Positions 51,161 through 62,495 are shown, numbered from the stretch's first letter. The stretch is DNA of 64,000 nt from Hemiscyllium ocellatum (GCF_020745735.1 NC_083433.1:2987363-3051362); one strand, 5' to 3'. Program-made: numbers and translations. Notes: a model not told the origin generated them from the sequence alone.

Positions 51161-51344
51161 GGTTAATGCAATGAGTGTCTGATGCATCCAGTATCTCAAT
51201 TCGGCAGGGTTTACTTGAGAAGTGAATTCCAGTGGGAGGGATAATTAATGAGATGTTAATTCATGTGTATGGGCATCCCGTCACTTGATGGTGAGGAAGT
51301 CACCTGGCCCTCCAATGAGGGAGACTTAACCTCAGTGGACACAC

Positions 51345-52660
51345 ATCAAGAACCACCATGTGTTGAGGCTTTACCTGTCCCCATTGTTGACAAGGTGGCT
51401 CTGGCCTCGTTACCTTGAAATTCTCCAAGTGGACAGGCCATTGAACCTTGTGGAATCCTTGTGCAGAAAAACACTTTTGAGCACAAGTCCATCAAGCAAC
51501 GGTCAGCACTTACCATCCTCCAGGCCCTGCTGGGAAAGGAGAACATCGTTCTGGCCGGATGGATCCTTGAGCAGACTGTCACAGTCGTCTCACAGAGCTT
51601 TTCAGCAAGGACCAAGATGTGGCTTAGGTGGCAGCAAGAAAGGCCTTTCCCATTAGATCCCTCTTACCCTCTGGGGGACTCACCACCTCCTCATGTTGCC
51701 CTTGAGGACGGCTGTGTTGGGGAAGACACTGTTGTGCATCTCCTTGCACAATGGGCTTTTGTAAGGAAGATCTGGAGAGAGATTTGATTAGATTAGATTA
51801 CTTACAGTGCGGAAACAGGCCCTTCGGCCCAACAAGTCCACACTGAACCGCAACACACCCAGACACATTCCCTACATTTTACCCCTTCACCTAATACTAT
51901 GGGCAATTTAGCATGGCTAATTCACCTCACCTGCACGTTTTTGGACTGTGGGAGGAAACCGGAGCACCTGGAGGAAACCCGTGCAGACACGGGGAGAACG
52001 TGCAAACTCCACACAGTTGGTCGCCTGAGGCGGGAATTGAACGCGGGTCTCTGGCGCTGTGAGGTAACAGTACTAACCACTGTGCCACCGTGCTGCCCAT
52101 TACCACTGTGCCACCTTGCCGCCCATGATGCCATGGTTTTTATGAAAATTCACCTTGAACCGCTCGGTGATACTGTGCTCCATGAGCTGTGCCTTGGGAC
52201 AGACATCAACTGCACCTGGAGGACCATCCGCTCCGGGAGTGATGCTCTTTGCTTACAACGTAATGGTTCTCCAGAGCCAGGAGTTATGCTCGACCAAGTA
52301 TGACACGGGAAGGTTCCAAGGCCCAATGGGGAATGGTTGCAGTCTAAGGTCTTTCACGCATTGTAGAGAGAGAAACTGTAGAACCGAGCAAGCCTCATGC
52401 CTTACAAAGAATGTACATTGGGATTACGAGGACAGGAAACATATTCTACACAAATCTTTTTTATGTCTACTTTACTTTCAGTAAACTTCAATTTTGATAT
52501 CTTTTGCCTTCAGGCTGTAAACCTGAAATGGAATGGACTTTGTAAATATTAAGTCTATTACGAATTGAATTTATTTCACCATTCTGTTATGTTTGTCCAA
52601 AGTTCACTGTAATTTTGTTTACAAATTTTATGAACAGATAATATTTTTCAAAAAGAAAGA
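51345..52660 (+). mobile_element. degenerate L1-clade (Tx1-like) LINE 3' relic, interrupted by a SINE
   Basis: GCVGEDTVVHLLAQWAFVRKIWRE resembles the C-terminal zinc-knuckle region; A-rich end. Confidence 0.5.
51784..52098 (-). mobile_element. HE1/V-SINE-type SINE, full length
   Basis: Head, body and (TCTAA)n tail as in 22364-22656. Confidence 0.9.
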
Positions 52661-53289
52661 GCTGCCTAAGCTGAGATAGGTTTCCCCAGTGCTTCCAGCT
52701 TTGTGAGTTAACAGTTTGGGGTTGGGTAAAATTGGGTTTAGCTGAAATGCAGGCTGACCAGATTTTCAAAAGCAACTGGGGACAGACTGGGAAGGCAGGG
52801 GCTCCATGGTGATTGACATGTCAGGTAGCCAATGGAGAAATCTGAGGGTGGGTTAGTTGGGATTATGAATTCATGTGATGACATCTGCCAGAATGCTCAA
52901 GCCAAAGACAGCAATGCTGCCCAAATCAATTTTTAAATGGTGTCATCAGCAATGGAGCTAAAAAGGTTCTGGTGATTTTCTTGGGGAAATCAAGGGAATG
53001 GATTATCAGATCAGCTGCCTACAACATAATATGATAGATACAGTAGGAAAAATAACAGTTCACACAACTTTCACCACCTTGACCCATTTTGACAAAAAAG
53101 GAAATGGTGAAAATCAGGACATTACAGATAATTTTAGGAAATTATTAGGACACCAGTATATTTAATGAAAATGTATCCTGGTAAAACTGGCATTGCTGAT
53201 CACCCTATTAAAATGGTTTATGTAGTACTCTCCAGTCTGAAGTATGAATCTGGATTAGCTGTGCCAGTTTATGATGCTGTGGATACCAC

Positions 53290-53670
53290 TTTTGCCTCAA
53301 GATACCAGGTTTGTGCCATTTCCAGGGCGTGAGCATAAAACTCAAGGCTGACACTCCAGTGCAGTACAGAGTGGCTGTTGACCTGCCAGAGGTGCTGACT
53401 TTCAGATGGGGCATTTAAGCTGAGGCATGCTGACTTGGCTAGATGTAAAATGCCCATGGGCACTATTTTGAAGAAGAGTTGAGGAGTTATCCCCTGGGTC
53501 TTGGTTAATATTTATCTCTCAACCAACCAGCAGATTATGTGATCATGCTCACTTTTTGTGGGATCATGCTGTGTACAAATGGGCATCTGTGTTTCCCACG
53601 TTATGACAATGACTACACTTTAAAAGTATTTAACTGGCCATGAAGTGTTTTTAAGTTGTTGGTGGTTGTG
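53290..53670 (+). mobile_element. Deu-domain (SacSINE1/AmnSINE1-like) SINE
   Basis: GCTGACACTCCAGTGCAGTAC..TTTCAGATG..GATGTAAAA..CCCATGG..CACTATTTTGAAGAAGAG core. Confidence 0.7.
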
Positions 53671-53693
53671 AAAGGTGTTACATAAATATATTT

Positions 53694-53838
53694 ATGATTA
53701 GATTACTTACAGTGTGGAAACAGGCCCTTCGGCCCAACAAGTCCACACCGACCCGCCGAAGCGCAACCCACCCATACCCCTACATATACCCCTTACCTAA
53801 CACTATTGGCAATTTAGCATGGCCAATTCACCTGACCC
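53694..53838 (-). mobile_element. 5'-truncated HE1-type SINE
   Basis: Near identity to the tail half of the 22364 and 51784 copies. Confidence 0.85.
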
Positions 53839-54199
53839 TATGTTATGTATCATTGTAGTATTGCTTTATATAAATGAATTTTTTTGAGAAAGTAGGTGCT
53901 AGGAGGAAATGTACCCCTGAAGAGAAACAAAGTTGACAAAACAGCAATGTTAATTTAATCTGAAGGGTAAAGAACCATCTTTGCAAAATTAAATAGAAAA
54001 TAGTAAGACGTAAAAATAGGGCTTTGGTAAATAAAGTGTTAAAGGAAGTGACATAGTATTTAATTGTTGAGCTGGAGAATAAATCAACAAAGAAAAATCG
54101 AAAAGTCGCATTTTTAAATGCATACAAAATAATTGTAAATTAAAGATAGCAATTTTTATTTTGTAATTAATTATAAAAAAGTAAAAGAGGATTGTTGTG

Positions 54200-54275
54200 G
54201 GCAGGAAGTGATGTGGAACCAGGGTATAAAAGGAAAGGCAGCAGTCTGACTCGCTCTTTCAGGTCACTTTGAGAA
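54200..54275 (+). promoter_or_regulatory. RPL3 core promoter and 5' TOP leader
   Basis: ETS/GABP-type GGAAGTG 54204-54210, TATAAAA 54225-54231, TCT/TOP initiator CTCTTTC 54254-54260 about 29 nt after the TATA box. Confidence 0.85.
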
Positions 54276-54278
54276 ATG
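54276..54278 (+). CDS. RPL3: 60S ribosomal protein L3 (uL3) exon 1 (ATG only)
   Basis: ATG|GTGAGT; the ten exons sum to 1212 nt = 403 aa plus stop. Confidence 0.92.
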
Positions 54279-54461
54279 GTGAGTTTGTTATTTTAATCTG
54301 GTCAATATCATAGCCATCCGAGCGCGTAGAGATTTAATATAAGTAAATACTCGTAGAGATCATTTTTAACAACACAGCCGCTACTATATTGATCGAATAT
54401 TTTGAGGATGATGTTGAGGAAAGTGGTTAATCACGTTTTTTATTCCTCTCCGATTGCCCAT

Positions 54462-54472
54462 AAAATGGCGGC
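54462..54472 (+). promoter_or_regulatory. YY1 site in RPL3 intron 1
   Basis: AAAATGGCGGC matches the YY1 consensus, which is typical downstream of ribosomal-protein TSSs. Confidence 0.65.
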
Positions 54473-54916
54473 GGCTGACTGTGGTTCAGGGGATACAATC
54501 CGAGTTCAATCTGAGCCATCCTGCTGCCACGAGCCGCGATCGCTGAATATATCGCTGTTTGTTCGACTCGTCTCAAGTTTGCGCGGTTATTTCCTGATTT
54601 TGTGTTTGGATCAGATGCTTCCGATGGCGTTAGGATGGTGTGTTTAACCTGGCCACCACCAAATGGAGCCCCAGCTGCCAGATCAATGGGTCAAAAGCTG
54701 ATCAAGGCGTGAATCCAAGGATACATACTTATTGCAGGAGTACTATACTTCTAATGGTCATAATCGTAATTGTAGTTTAGTTTTGTAGTAGTATAGAAAT
54801 TAAATATGGAGGGTGATTGAGGATGGATTAATAAAGGTCATTGCAATATTGCATAAAGATTTGTCTCTGTTGTAGTGTCCTTTTCTTTTGTCTATACAGC
54901 TGTTTCTGAGGAATGA

Positions 54917-55273
<357 letters not shown>

Positions 55274-55499
55274 TGAAAAAATTGTGATAGTTGAACAATA
55301 GATCTGTACTCATCTCCCTGGAGTATGTGGTGTAAGTTCCTGAAGCTGTTATAGGCCAAGTTGGAGTTTGTGCAGTGTACTTGTAGAATGTCAGTCAGTT
55401 TTTTTGTACATTTGAGTCTGTGATTAAACCCCCTTCTCTCTTCTTTCCCCCCACCCCAATGGAAGAGTATCACACCTGTAATCCCATATTGACAGTTAG

Positions 55500-55716
55500 G
55501 TCATCCACCTAGCATGTACGTCACTGAACACCATGGGCAGCTTAGCCTGGCAAATTCACCCTAACCTGCACGTCTTTGGACTGTGGGAGGAAACTGGAGC
55601 TCCTGGAGGAAACCCCACACAGACACTGGGAGAACGTGCAAACTCCAGACCCAAGGCTGGAATTGAACCAGGTCCCTGGTGCTATGGGGCAACAGTGCAA
55701 ACATTCAGCTACCATG
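55500..55716 (-). mobile_element. HE1-type SINE in RPL3 intron 2
   Basis: Conserved body TTTGGACTGTGGGAGGAAAC..GAGAACGTGCAAACTCC. Confidence 0.75.
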
Positions 55717-56024
55717 CTTAATTTTTGTAAAGTTTCCCTTCTGGAACTGGTCCTCAAAAATGGACAGTAGCTGGTTTAAGGGTAGGTTAGCCTCCAGTGT
55801 CATCTGGACGCATATGTTTGGCAGGAGCATGAGAAAGAGGAGCATGTTGTTTGAGCCACTTGCACCTACTCTGCCATTCAGTGATTGTGGTCATAACTAC
55901 TCTTTTTGTCTGGCTGCTGTAGCCTTCAATGCCCTTCTAATCAAAAATCTGCATAGGGAGCTAAGCTGAGTAACATTTGCAGGTAAATAGCTTTGCTTGA
56001 ATTACAACAAACCTAAAGCTTATG

Positions 56025-56237
56025 TTGCTGGTTATAGCGCAGCAGGTCAGGCAGCATATCAGGAACAGGAAATTCGACGTTTCGGGCAAAAGCCCTTCAT
56101 CAGGAATTTCCTGATGAAGGGCTTTTTCCCGAAACGTCGAATTTCCTGTTCCTTGGAATGTGCCTGACCTGCTGCGCTATAACCAGCAACACATTTTCAG
56201 CTCTGATCTCCAGCATCTGCAGACCTCACTTTTTAAA
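56025..56237. mobile_element. palindromic Penelope-terminal element with two back-to-back minimal hammerhead ribozyme motifs
   Basis: Arms 56023-56106 / 56108-56191; perfect TSD CTAAAGCTTATG at 56013-56024 / 56238-56249; CUGAUGA..GAAA..GUC on both strands. Confidence 0.88.
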
Positions 56238-56364
56238 CTAAAGCTTATGCCTTAAGTCTTGGCTGCACATTTGTTTAGACTACTTGTCCATTGCCAGCCT
56301 TTTTTTGTTGTTGTTTGGAAACTTTATGAAAAGCCATGATCTGAAAAGTTGTGAATTTCTTTTT

Positions 56365-56787
56365 NNNNNNNNNNNNNNNNNNNNNNNNNNNNNNNNNNNN
56401 NNNNNNNNNNNNNNNNNNNNNNNNNNNNNNNNNNNNNNNNNNNNNNNNNNNNNNNNNNNNNNNNNNNNNNNNNNNNNNNNNNNNNNNNNNNNNNNNNNNN
56501 NNNNNNNNNNNNNNNNNNNNNNNNNNNNNNNNNNNNNNNNNNNNNNNNNNNNNNNNNNNNNNNNNNNNNNNNNNNNNNNNNNNNNNNNNNNNNNNNNNNN
56601 NNNNNNNNNNNNNNNNNNNNNNNNNNNNNNNNNNNNNNNNNNNNNNNNNNNNNNNNNNNNNNNNNNNNNNNNNNNNNNNNNNNNNNNNNNNNNNNNNNNN
56701 NNNNNNNNNNNNNNNNNNNNNNNNNNNNNNNNNNNNNNNNNNNNNNNNNNNNNNNNNNNNNNNNNNNNNNNNNNNNNNNNNNNNNNN
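56365..56787. other. assembly gap (N run) in RPL3 intron 2
   Basis: Run of n. Confidence 0.99.
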
Positions 56788-56901
56788 CAAGGCTTGCAGT
56801 TAGCGATACAAAACTATTTAATGATGAAACGTGCTCAGTTTTTGGAGAAGCATGTGATGTTTCATAGCTCTAGCTTTATCTTTGTGCTAGCATGCAGAAT
56901 A

Positions 56902-56987
56902 ACTACATATGATGATAAACTCGACGGGCGGTCATAATTTAACCACCTGTGGTGGTCTTGCTGAATGTCGAGTAAGCTGACTGTAGT
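56902..56987 (+). ncRNA. SNORD43: box C/D snoRNA U43 (18S Cm1703-equivalent guide)
   Basis: C box ATGATGA 56909-15, D box CTGA 56977-80, terminal stem ACTACA/TGTAGT; guide CGACGGGCGGT is complementary to 18S ACCGCCCGUCG; RPL3 is the known host gene. Confidence 0.9.
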
Positions 56988-57311
56988 GCAATAAAAACTA
57001 GACACTTTGTCAAGATAATTGTTTCTCAAATGATGTACTCAAACTAGCTTGCAATTGCTTTTGTCCCTGCACCAAAACATGAAGCTGTGCAAATCGAAAG
57101 ATTCACTATGGGTAGGCTTGGTCAATCTGTTCACATTTTAACCAGGTACCTGAGTTGGTTAAACCAGCCATGCTGTGCTAATTGCATTATATTAAAGCAA
57201 ACTGTTGGCACTACTCTGCTCTTGACAGAATTTGTGTCAAGAAATTCTTGGTCTGTTTAGTTGTGTTTTTTGTCGAACATTTTAAAAAAAAACAATTTTC
57301 TGACTCTCCAG

Positions 57312-57480
57312 AGGTGAACAAGAAGGAGGTGGTTGAAGCGGTGACTGTAATTGAAACTCCTCCAATGGTGATTGTTGGTCTTGTTGGCTACATTGAGACT
57401 CCCCGTGGTCTCCGGACCTTTAAGACGGTCTTTGCTGAGCACATCAGTGATGAATGCAAGCGTCGGTTCTACAAGAATTG
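57312..57480 (+). CDS. RPL3: RPL3 exon 3
   Basis: AG/GT, 169 nt; [17 protein letters not shown]...RRFYKNW. Confidence 0.98.
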
Positions 57481-57587
57481 GTAAATATGTCACACAATTC
57501 CTGAATCTTTCAACAGTTCATAAAGATGATGCGGAAAGGTGTTAATCTGGATTGAATTGTCAGCGGCTCCACTCGACTATGGCAACA

Positions 57588-57672
57588 TGGGTTGATGAGC
57601 TCCAGGCTCTGATTGTTGGAGGAAAATGTCCTTTGATCCCAACAATGAGCCGACCTGCTTGGTGCTGATTCC
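57588..57672 (+). ncRNA. candidate box C/D snoRNA-like element in RPL3 intron 3
   Basis: C box TTGATGA 57592-98, D box CTGA 57665-68 lying 64 nt from the 3' splice site, short GGG/TCC closing stem, internal 13-bp hairpin; no convincing rRNA guide. Confidence 0.42.
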
Positions 57673-57732
57673 TTCCGCTCACTGTGTGATGAAGGATTGC
57701 GCCAAATGTTCTTTTGTCTCTCTCTATAAAAG

Positions 57733-57868
57733 GTACAAATCCAAGAAGAAGGCTTTCACCAAGTACTGCAAGAAATGGCAGGATGATGATGGCAAGAAGC
57801 AACTGGAGAAGGACTTCAACAGCATGAAGAAATACTGCCAGGTTATTCGCATCATTGCTCACACACAG
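57733..57868 (+). CDS. RPL3: RPL3 exon 4
   Basis: AG/GT, 136 nt; [15 protein letters not shown]...IRIIAHTQ. Confidence 0.98.
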
Positions 57869-58319
57869 GTAGGCACCAGAACTGAATGAATTTGAGAAAA
57901 GGTTTGGGTACAGAAGCTTGTATTTGCACAGGGTTTCTCATTGCCACTAAATTATTTTGGGACACTCAAACGTGTTTTACAAGTTCTCAATAGTAAGGCC
58001 ATTTTTTCTTTTGGAATCCCCATATCATACCTTTTGGGGACCCAAGCCAAGACCATTGGATTCATGTCAGGTTTACTGAATGGTGCGGAGTTCTGCTTCA
58101 ATCCTCTAATTCTGGATGGGTTGCATATAGAACATTACAGCGCAGTTCAGGTCCATCGGCCCTCGATGGTTCCACAGGTCAGCAACAATCTGAAGTCCGT
58201 TTGACCTACATTATTCCATTCTCATCCAAATGCCTACCCAAGATCATTTAGATGCCCTTCAAATTGGCACGTCTACTACTGTTACAGGCAGTGCGTTCCA
58301 CACCCCTCAATTTAAAGCT

Positions 58320-58940
58320 AACACATTCCACCCTGACTAAATTTACCTGGACCATCCCTGACACCTCCTCCCTTTTCCTAGATCTCTCCATCTCCATTAA
58401 TGACAACCGACTTGATACCGACATTTCTTTACAAACCCACCGACTCCCACAGCTAACTGGATTACACCTCTTCCCATCTTACCTCCTGCAAAAATGCTAC
58501 CTGTATTCCCAATGCCTCTGCTGTATCTGCTCCTAGGAAGACTAGTTCCACCACAGAACACACCAGATGGCCTCCTTTTAGAGACTGCAATTTCCCTTCC
58601 CATGTGGTTAAAGATGCCCTCCAATGCATCTCGTCCACATCCCGCACCTCTGCCCACAGACCCCACCCTCCAACTGGAACAAGGACACCTTCCACCCTAC
58701 CAACCTTTGCATAAACCAACTCATTCGCCGACATTTCCGCCATCTCCAAATGGACTCTACCACCAGGGATATATTTCCCTCCCCACCCCCTTCCGCCTTT
58801 CACAAAGACCGTTCCCCCAGCAACTACCTAGTCAGGTCCACCTTCCCCCATCCCACCCCAGTTCCAAACTTCCAGCTCCGCACTGTCCCCATGACTTGTC
58901 CTACCTGCCTATCTTCTTTCCAGCTATTCACTCCACCCTC
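58320..58940 (+). mobile_element. degenerate Penelope-like element ORF fragment in RPL3 intron 4
   Basis: FLDLSISI..YKPTDSHS*LDYTSSH..CKNA..YSQ..ICS, the region between the RT and GIY-YIG domains of PLEs. Confidence 0.75.
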
Positions 58941-59046
58941 TTTCTTGCCCCCCAAAAGGATTGGAGCCTTTGCGTCCTAAAGAGATGCGTTCCACTAAAG
59001 TTGACTCTTGTTCTAACTTCATTTTGGGAATATTTTCTCTCTACAG

Positions 59047-59233
59047 ATGCGCCTGCTTCCCTTGCGTCAGAAGAAGTCCCATATCATGGAGATCCAGTTG
59101 AATGGTGGGACAATTGCAGAGAAGGTTGATTGGGCAAGAGAGAAACTGGAACAGCAGGTTGCTGTTAACCTGGTGTTTGGTCAGGATGAGATGATCGATG
59201 TCATTGGTGTAACCAAAGGCCATGGCTTCAAAG
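59047..59233 (+). CDS. RPL3: RPL3 exon 5
   Basis: AG/GT, 187 nt; [21 protein letters not shown]...GVTKGHGFK. Confidence 0.98.
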
Positions 59234-59369
59234 GTGTGGAAATTGTGAATTTGCTGCTGAGTGTGGTGGGTCTCAAACAATTGTAACTTTGAATTTTTGT
59301 TTATATGCATTGGTAATATTGGACTTGTAATACAGCTTTGGTTGACCACAGTCACATTTGACACTTGAA

Positions 59370-59462
59370 GCATTCTGTGATGATTGACATGGATTATATG
59401 TTGGTAACAGCATCTGACTCTGATGAGGAGCCATTCCATGCTGCCTTCCTTCTGAGGTAGTC
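59370..59462 (+). ncRNA. SNORD83: box C/D snoRNA U83
   Basis: C GTGATGA 59377-83, D' CTGA 59414-17, C' TGATGA 59421-26, D CTGA 59452-55; U83 signature CCATTC..CTGCCTTCCTT-CTGA is complementary to 18S AAGGAAGGCAGC. Confidence 0.9.
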
Positions 59463-59513
59463 TTCATTTCAGGGATTAATGAAGAATTGTCAGCATCTTG
59501 GGTGTTCATTTAA

Positions 59514-59708
<195 letters not shown>

Positions 59709-60044
59709 TAAAGTGTGGTCTGAAATGGATGCGGGTCTCACTTGAGATGTAAGTGTTGTGCCAAAGTATGAACATAGCTGTCCAGGACTTGACACGGTCA
59801 CTGTCAAAGTCAGTGGATACACTGTCACACTTTGGCTACATTGGGTCAGAATGGCAGGTACCCTTCTCTAAAGGATGGTAGTTGGGTCATCAGTCCAACG
59901 GAGTCATAAAGACACGGCACAGAAACAGACCCTTCAATCTAACCAGTCTGTGCTGAACAATCTCGTGCGCGCGCTCTCTCTCGCGCGCACTCTCTCTTAA
60001 AAACATGCCTCCATTCTCAAATGCAAATTGCTTCATCCTCAAGA

Positions 60045-61015
60045 TATTGAGCAGAATTGGGCCATTTGGCCCATTTGAGACTGCTCCACCATTCAGTTAT
60101 GGCTGATATGTTCTTCAATCCCATTCCTCCTTCTCCCTGTAACCTTGATCCCCTTACTGATAAATAACTTGTCTATCTGTCTTTAAGACACTAAATGACT
60201 GCTGCAGAGGCCTTTTGGAGCCCATGAGCTCCACAGATTCATCATCCTGTGCCTGAATAAATTCTCTGTAGAGTCCTCTTTTTACTTGAATTATGCCCTT
60301 GGGTCCTAATCTCTCCTAGTGGAAACACTCCACATTCACTCTGCAGGCATCAGTGTTCTGTTAGCTTAAATCCAGTTTCCCATCATCTTCCTAAACTCCA
60401 AAGTACAAACCCAGATTCTCAACTGTTTTATATGACAAGCCCTTCATTCCTAAGATCATTCTTGTAAACCTCCTGTTGTGCCATTCCAAGGCCACCAAAT
60501 CCTTTAAATGTGGGGCCCAAAACTATTCAACACTTCAAATGCAGTCTGACCAGAACCTTTGTACAATCTCAATAGTATATCCCTATTCTTGTATTCCAGT
60601 CCTCTCGATGAATGGTAACATTGCTTTTGCCTTCCTAACTGCCAGCTGAACCTGCATGTTAAACTAAGAATCCTGAACTATGCTCCAATTCCCTTTTGTG
60701 CTTCAGATTTCCAAAGCTTTTCCCTGTTTAGAAAATAGTTTGTGCCTCCTAATTTTCCAAGATTTTATTTAATTCTTCCCCAATGCTACATGTCCCTCTA
60801 CCTATCTTTGTATCATCTGCAAACTTGGCAACATGCCCTTAGTTTCTTTGTCCAGGTTTGTTTAATGTATAATGTGAATAATTATAGTCCCAACACTCTT
60901 CCCTGTGGAGCTATAACCATCACATTCTGAAAAGGACACCTTTTTATTCCCCACTCGTGTGGTGCCTTCCAGTCAGCCAATCCTCTAGCCATACCTTGCC
61001 ATTAATGCCGTGGGC
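60045..61015 (-). mobile_element. degenerate CR1-type LINE 3' fragment in RPL3 intron 6
   Basis: Reverse-strand RT remnants (GTATCATCTGCAAACTT = KFADD, GGGGCCCAAAAC). Confidence 0.7.
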
Positions 61016-61314
61016 TCAGTTGTCCATGAAGGTGTAAGGATTGTGGGTTAATAGTCCCAGTTTCATGCACTTACTGTTATGCCCAGCCAATTGATTGTTG
61101 GCCACACCTTTTTGGCATTAACCAGAACCAAAACTGCTGTTCTCATTTCTTTTTTAATGCAGATAACATTATCATTTTTATGATAATGACTTCTCTATCC
61201 TTTATTAGTTAAATACATTTTCAAGGATTGAAATCATTGCACCTTGTCTCAGAATGCACTGTTACCAGGTTTTCCTGAAAAATAGTACTTCAACTGAATT
61301 CTGTACTTCCCTAG

Positions 61315-61416
61315 ATCTACAGGATTGGATCAGGTTACCAAACCAAGGATGGTAAGCTGGTGAAGAACAATGCTGCTACAGAGTACGACCTGACAGACAA
61401 GAGCATCAACCCACTA
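61315..61416 (+). CDS. RPL3: RPL3 exon 7
   Basis: AG/GT, 102 nt; [34 protein letters not shown]. Confidence 0.97.
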
Positions 61417-61501
61417 GTAAGCTTTTTGACGAGCTATCATTACACGTTGTGGCTCATTTCCTGGGGCTCTTCTGTTAACTGTTGTTCTCATCTCTCAACA
61501 G

Positions 61502-61597
61502 GGAGGATTTCCTCACTATGGTGAAGTGACAAATGATTTTGTAATGGTGAAGGGCTGTGTTGTTGGTACCAAGAAACGTGTGCTTACACTGCGCAAG
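61502..61597 (+). CDS. RPL3: RPL3 exon 8
   Basis: AG/GT, 96 nt; [32 protein letters not shown]. Confidence 0.97.
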
Positions 61598-62185
61598 GTA
61601 ACTACTTGTCTGTCTTGATATGACTACATAGTCATTTTCAGTCCTCTTCCCTGTTGGTAGCTACCCTTGAGCATTTTTAGTTTCCTAGAGATGGCAATAC
61701 ACATAGCATTTGATGATGCAATAAGAAACAGGAGCAGGAGTCACACTGCATAATCTGTCGCTGTCAAAAGCTGATATTTAGATTTGACTGCACCTTCTTG
61801 CCCACTCCTGTATCATTTGGTTTTCAGAGACCAAAACTGTCTTGCCATTGAATGTATTAAATGGTTTCTCCATGGGGTGCTGAGTAAGTTGTGCAGATAA
61901 AAGGTCCATTGTTGTTTGTTCCTAGTTACATTGAAAGGTAATGGTATCCACACATCATGCAGTCTCTGCTAAAGATGCTCTTTTCACTCTGTAGATGCTT
62001 GATCCTGTGACAAAGGAATAGCTAACTATATTAACCTCCCAGTGTCTTGCCAAGTGAGATGCCATTCCTGTTTCGGTTGATGTGCAGACTGCCTGTCTCT
62101 CTTCTGTCCACACACTATATACACTTTTTTTAGTTTAAAGCTGGTTGTGGTATAGAATGTTGACAAGTTCTTTTCATCCCTGCAG

Positions 62186-62305
62186 TCCTTGTTGGTGCAG
62201 ACCAACCGCCGTGCTGTGGAGAAGATCGACCTGAAGTTTATTGATACCTCTTCCAAATTTGGTCATGGCCGCTTCCAGACCATTGAGGAGAAGAAGGCAT
62301 TTATG
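62186..62305 (+). CDS. RPL3: RPL3 exon 9
   Basis: AG/GT, 120 nt; [37 protein letters not shown]. Confidence 0.97.
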
Positions 62306-62495
62306 GTGAGTCATCTATTCACCAGTGTCTTTCCTGTGGTGGACCTTTTGTAGATTTGCAAATTGACTGACCGCTTTAGTTACAAGAATTGTCTTGTAGG
62401 TGTGATGAGCACATAATCTTGTGGCTCTTTTTTTTTAAAAGTTGCCTCACCCAGCTCTACTTAACACTTTTTTTTTGTCTCATTTTTGTTTTCAG

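Noticed and set aside
57045-57155. Two tandem hairpins resembling an H/ACA snoRNA
   Set aside because: No ANANNA hinge and no ACA tail at the expected positions
57500-57516. Cryptic acceptor TCTTTCAACAG in RPL3 intron 3
   Set aside because: Only 36 nt from the donor, too short for a normal vertebrate intron
57577-57664. Short complementarities to recalled 28S sequence (CTATGGCAACA, GAGCCGAC, GCTTGGTG)
   Set aside because: 8-11 nt matches from memory; the D-adjacent one predicts no methylation site I know, so chance is not excluded
61710-62410. TGATGA C-box-like motifs in RPL3 introns 8 and 9
   Set aside because: No guide or terminal stem; the intron 9 motif has no downstream intronic CTGA and the intron 8 motif sits in repeat-like sequence
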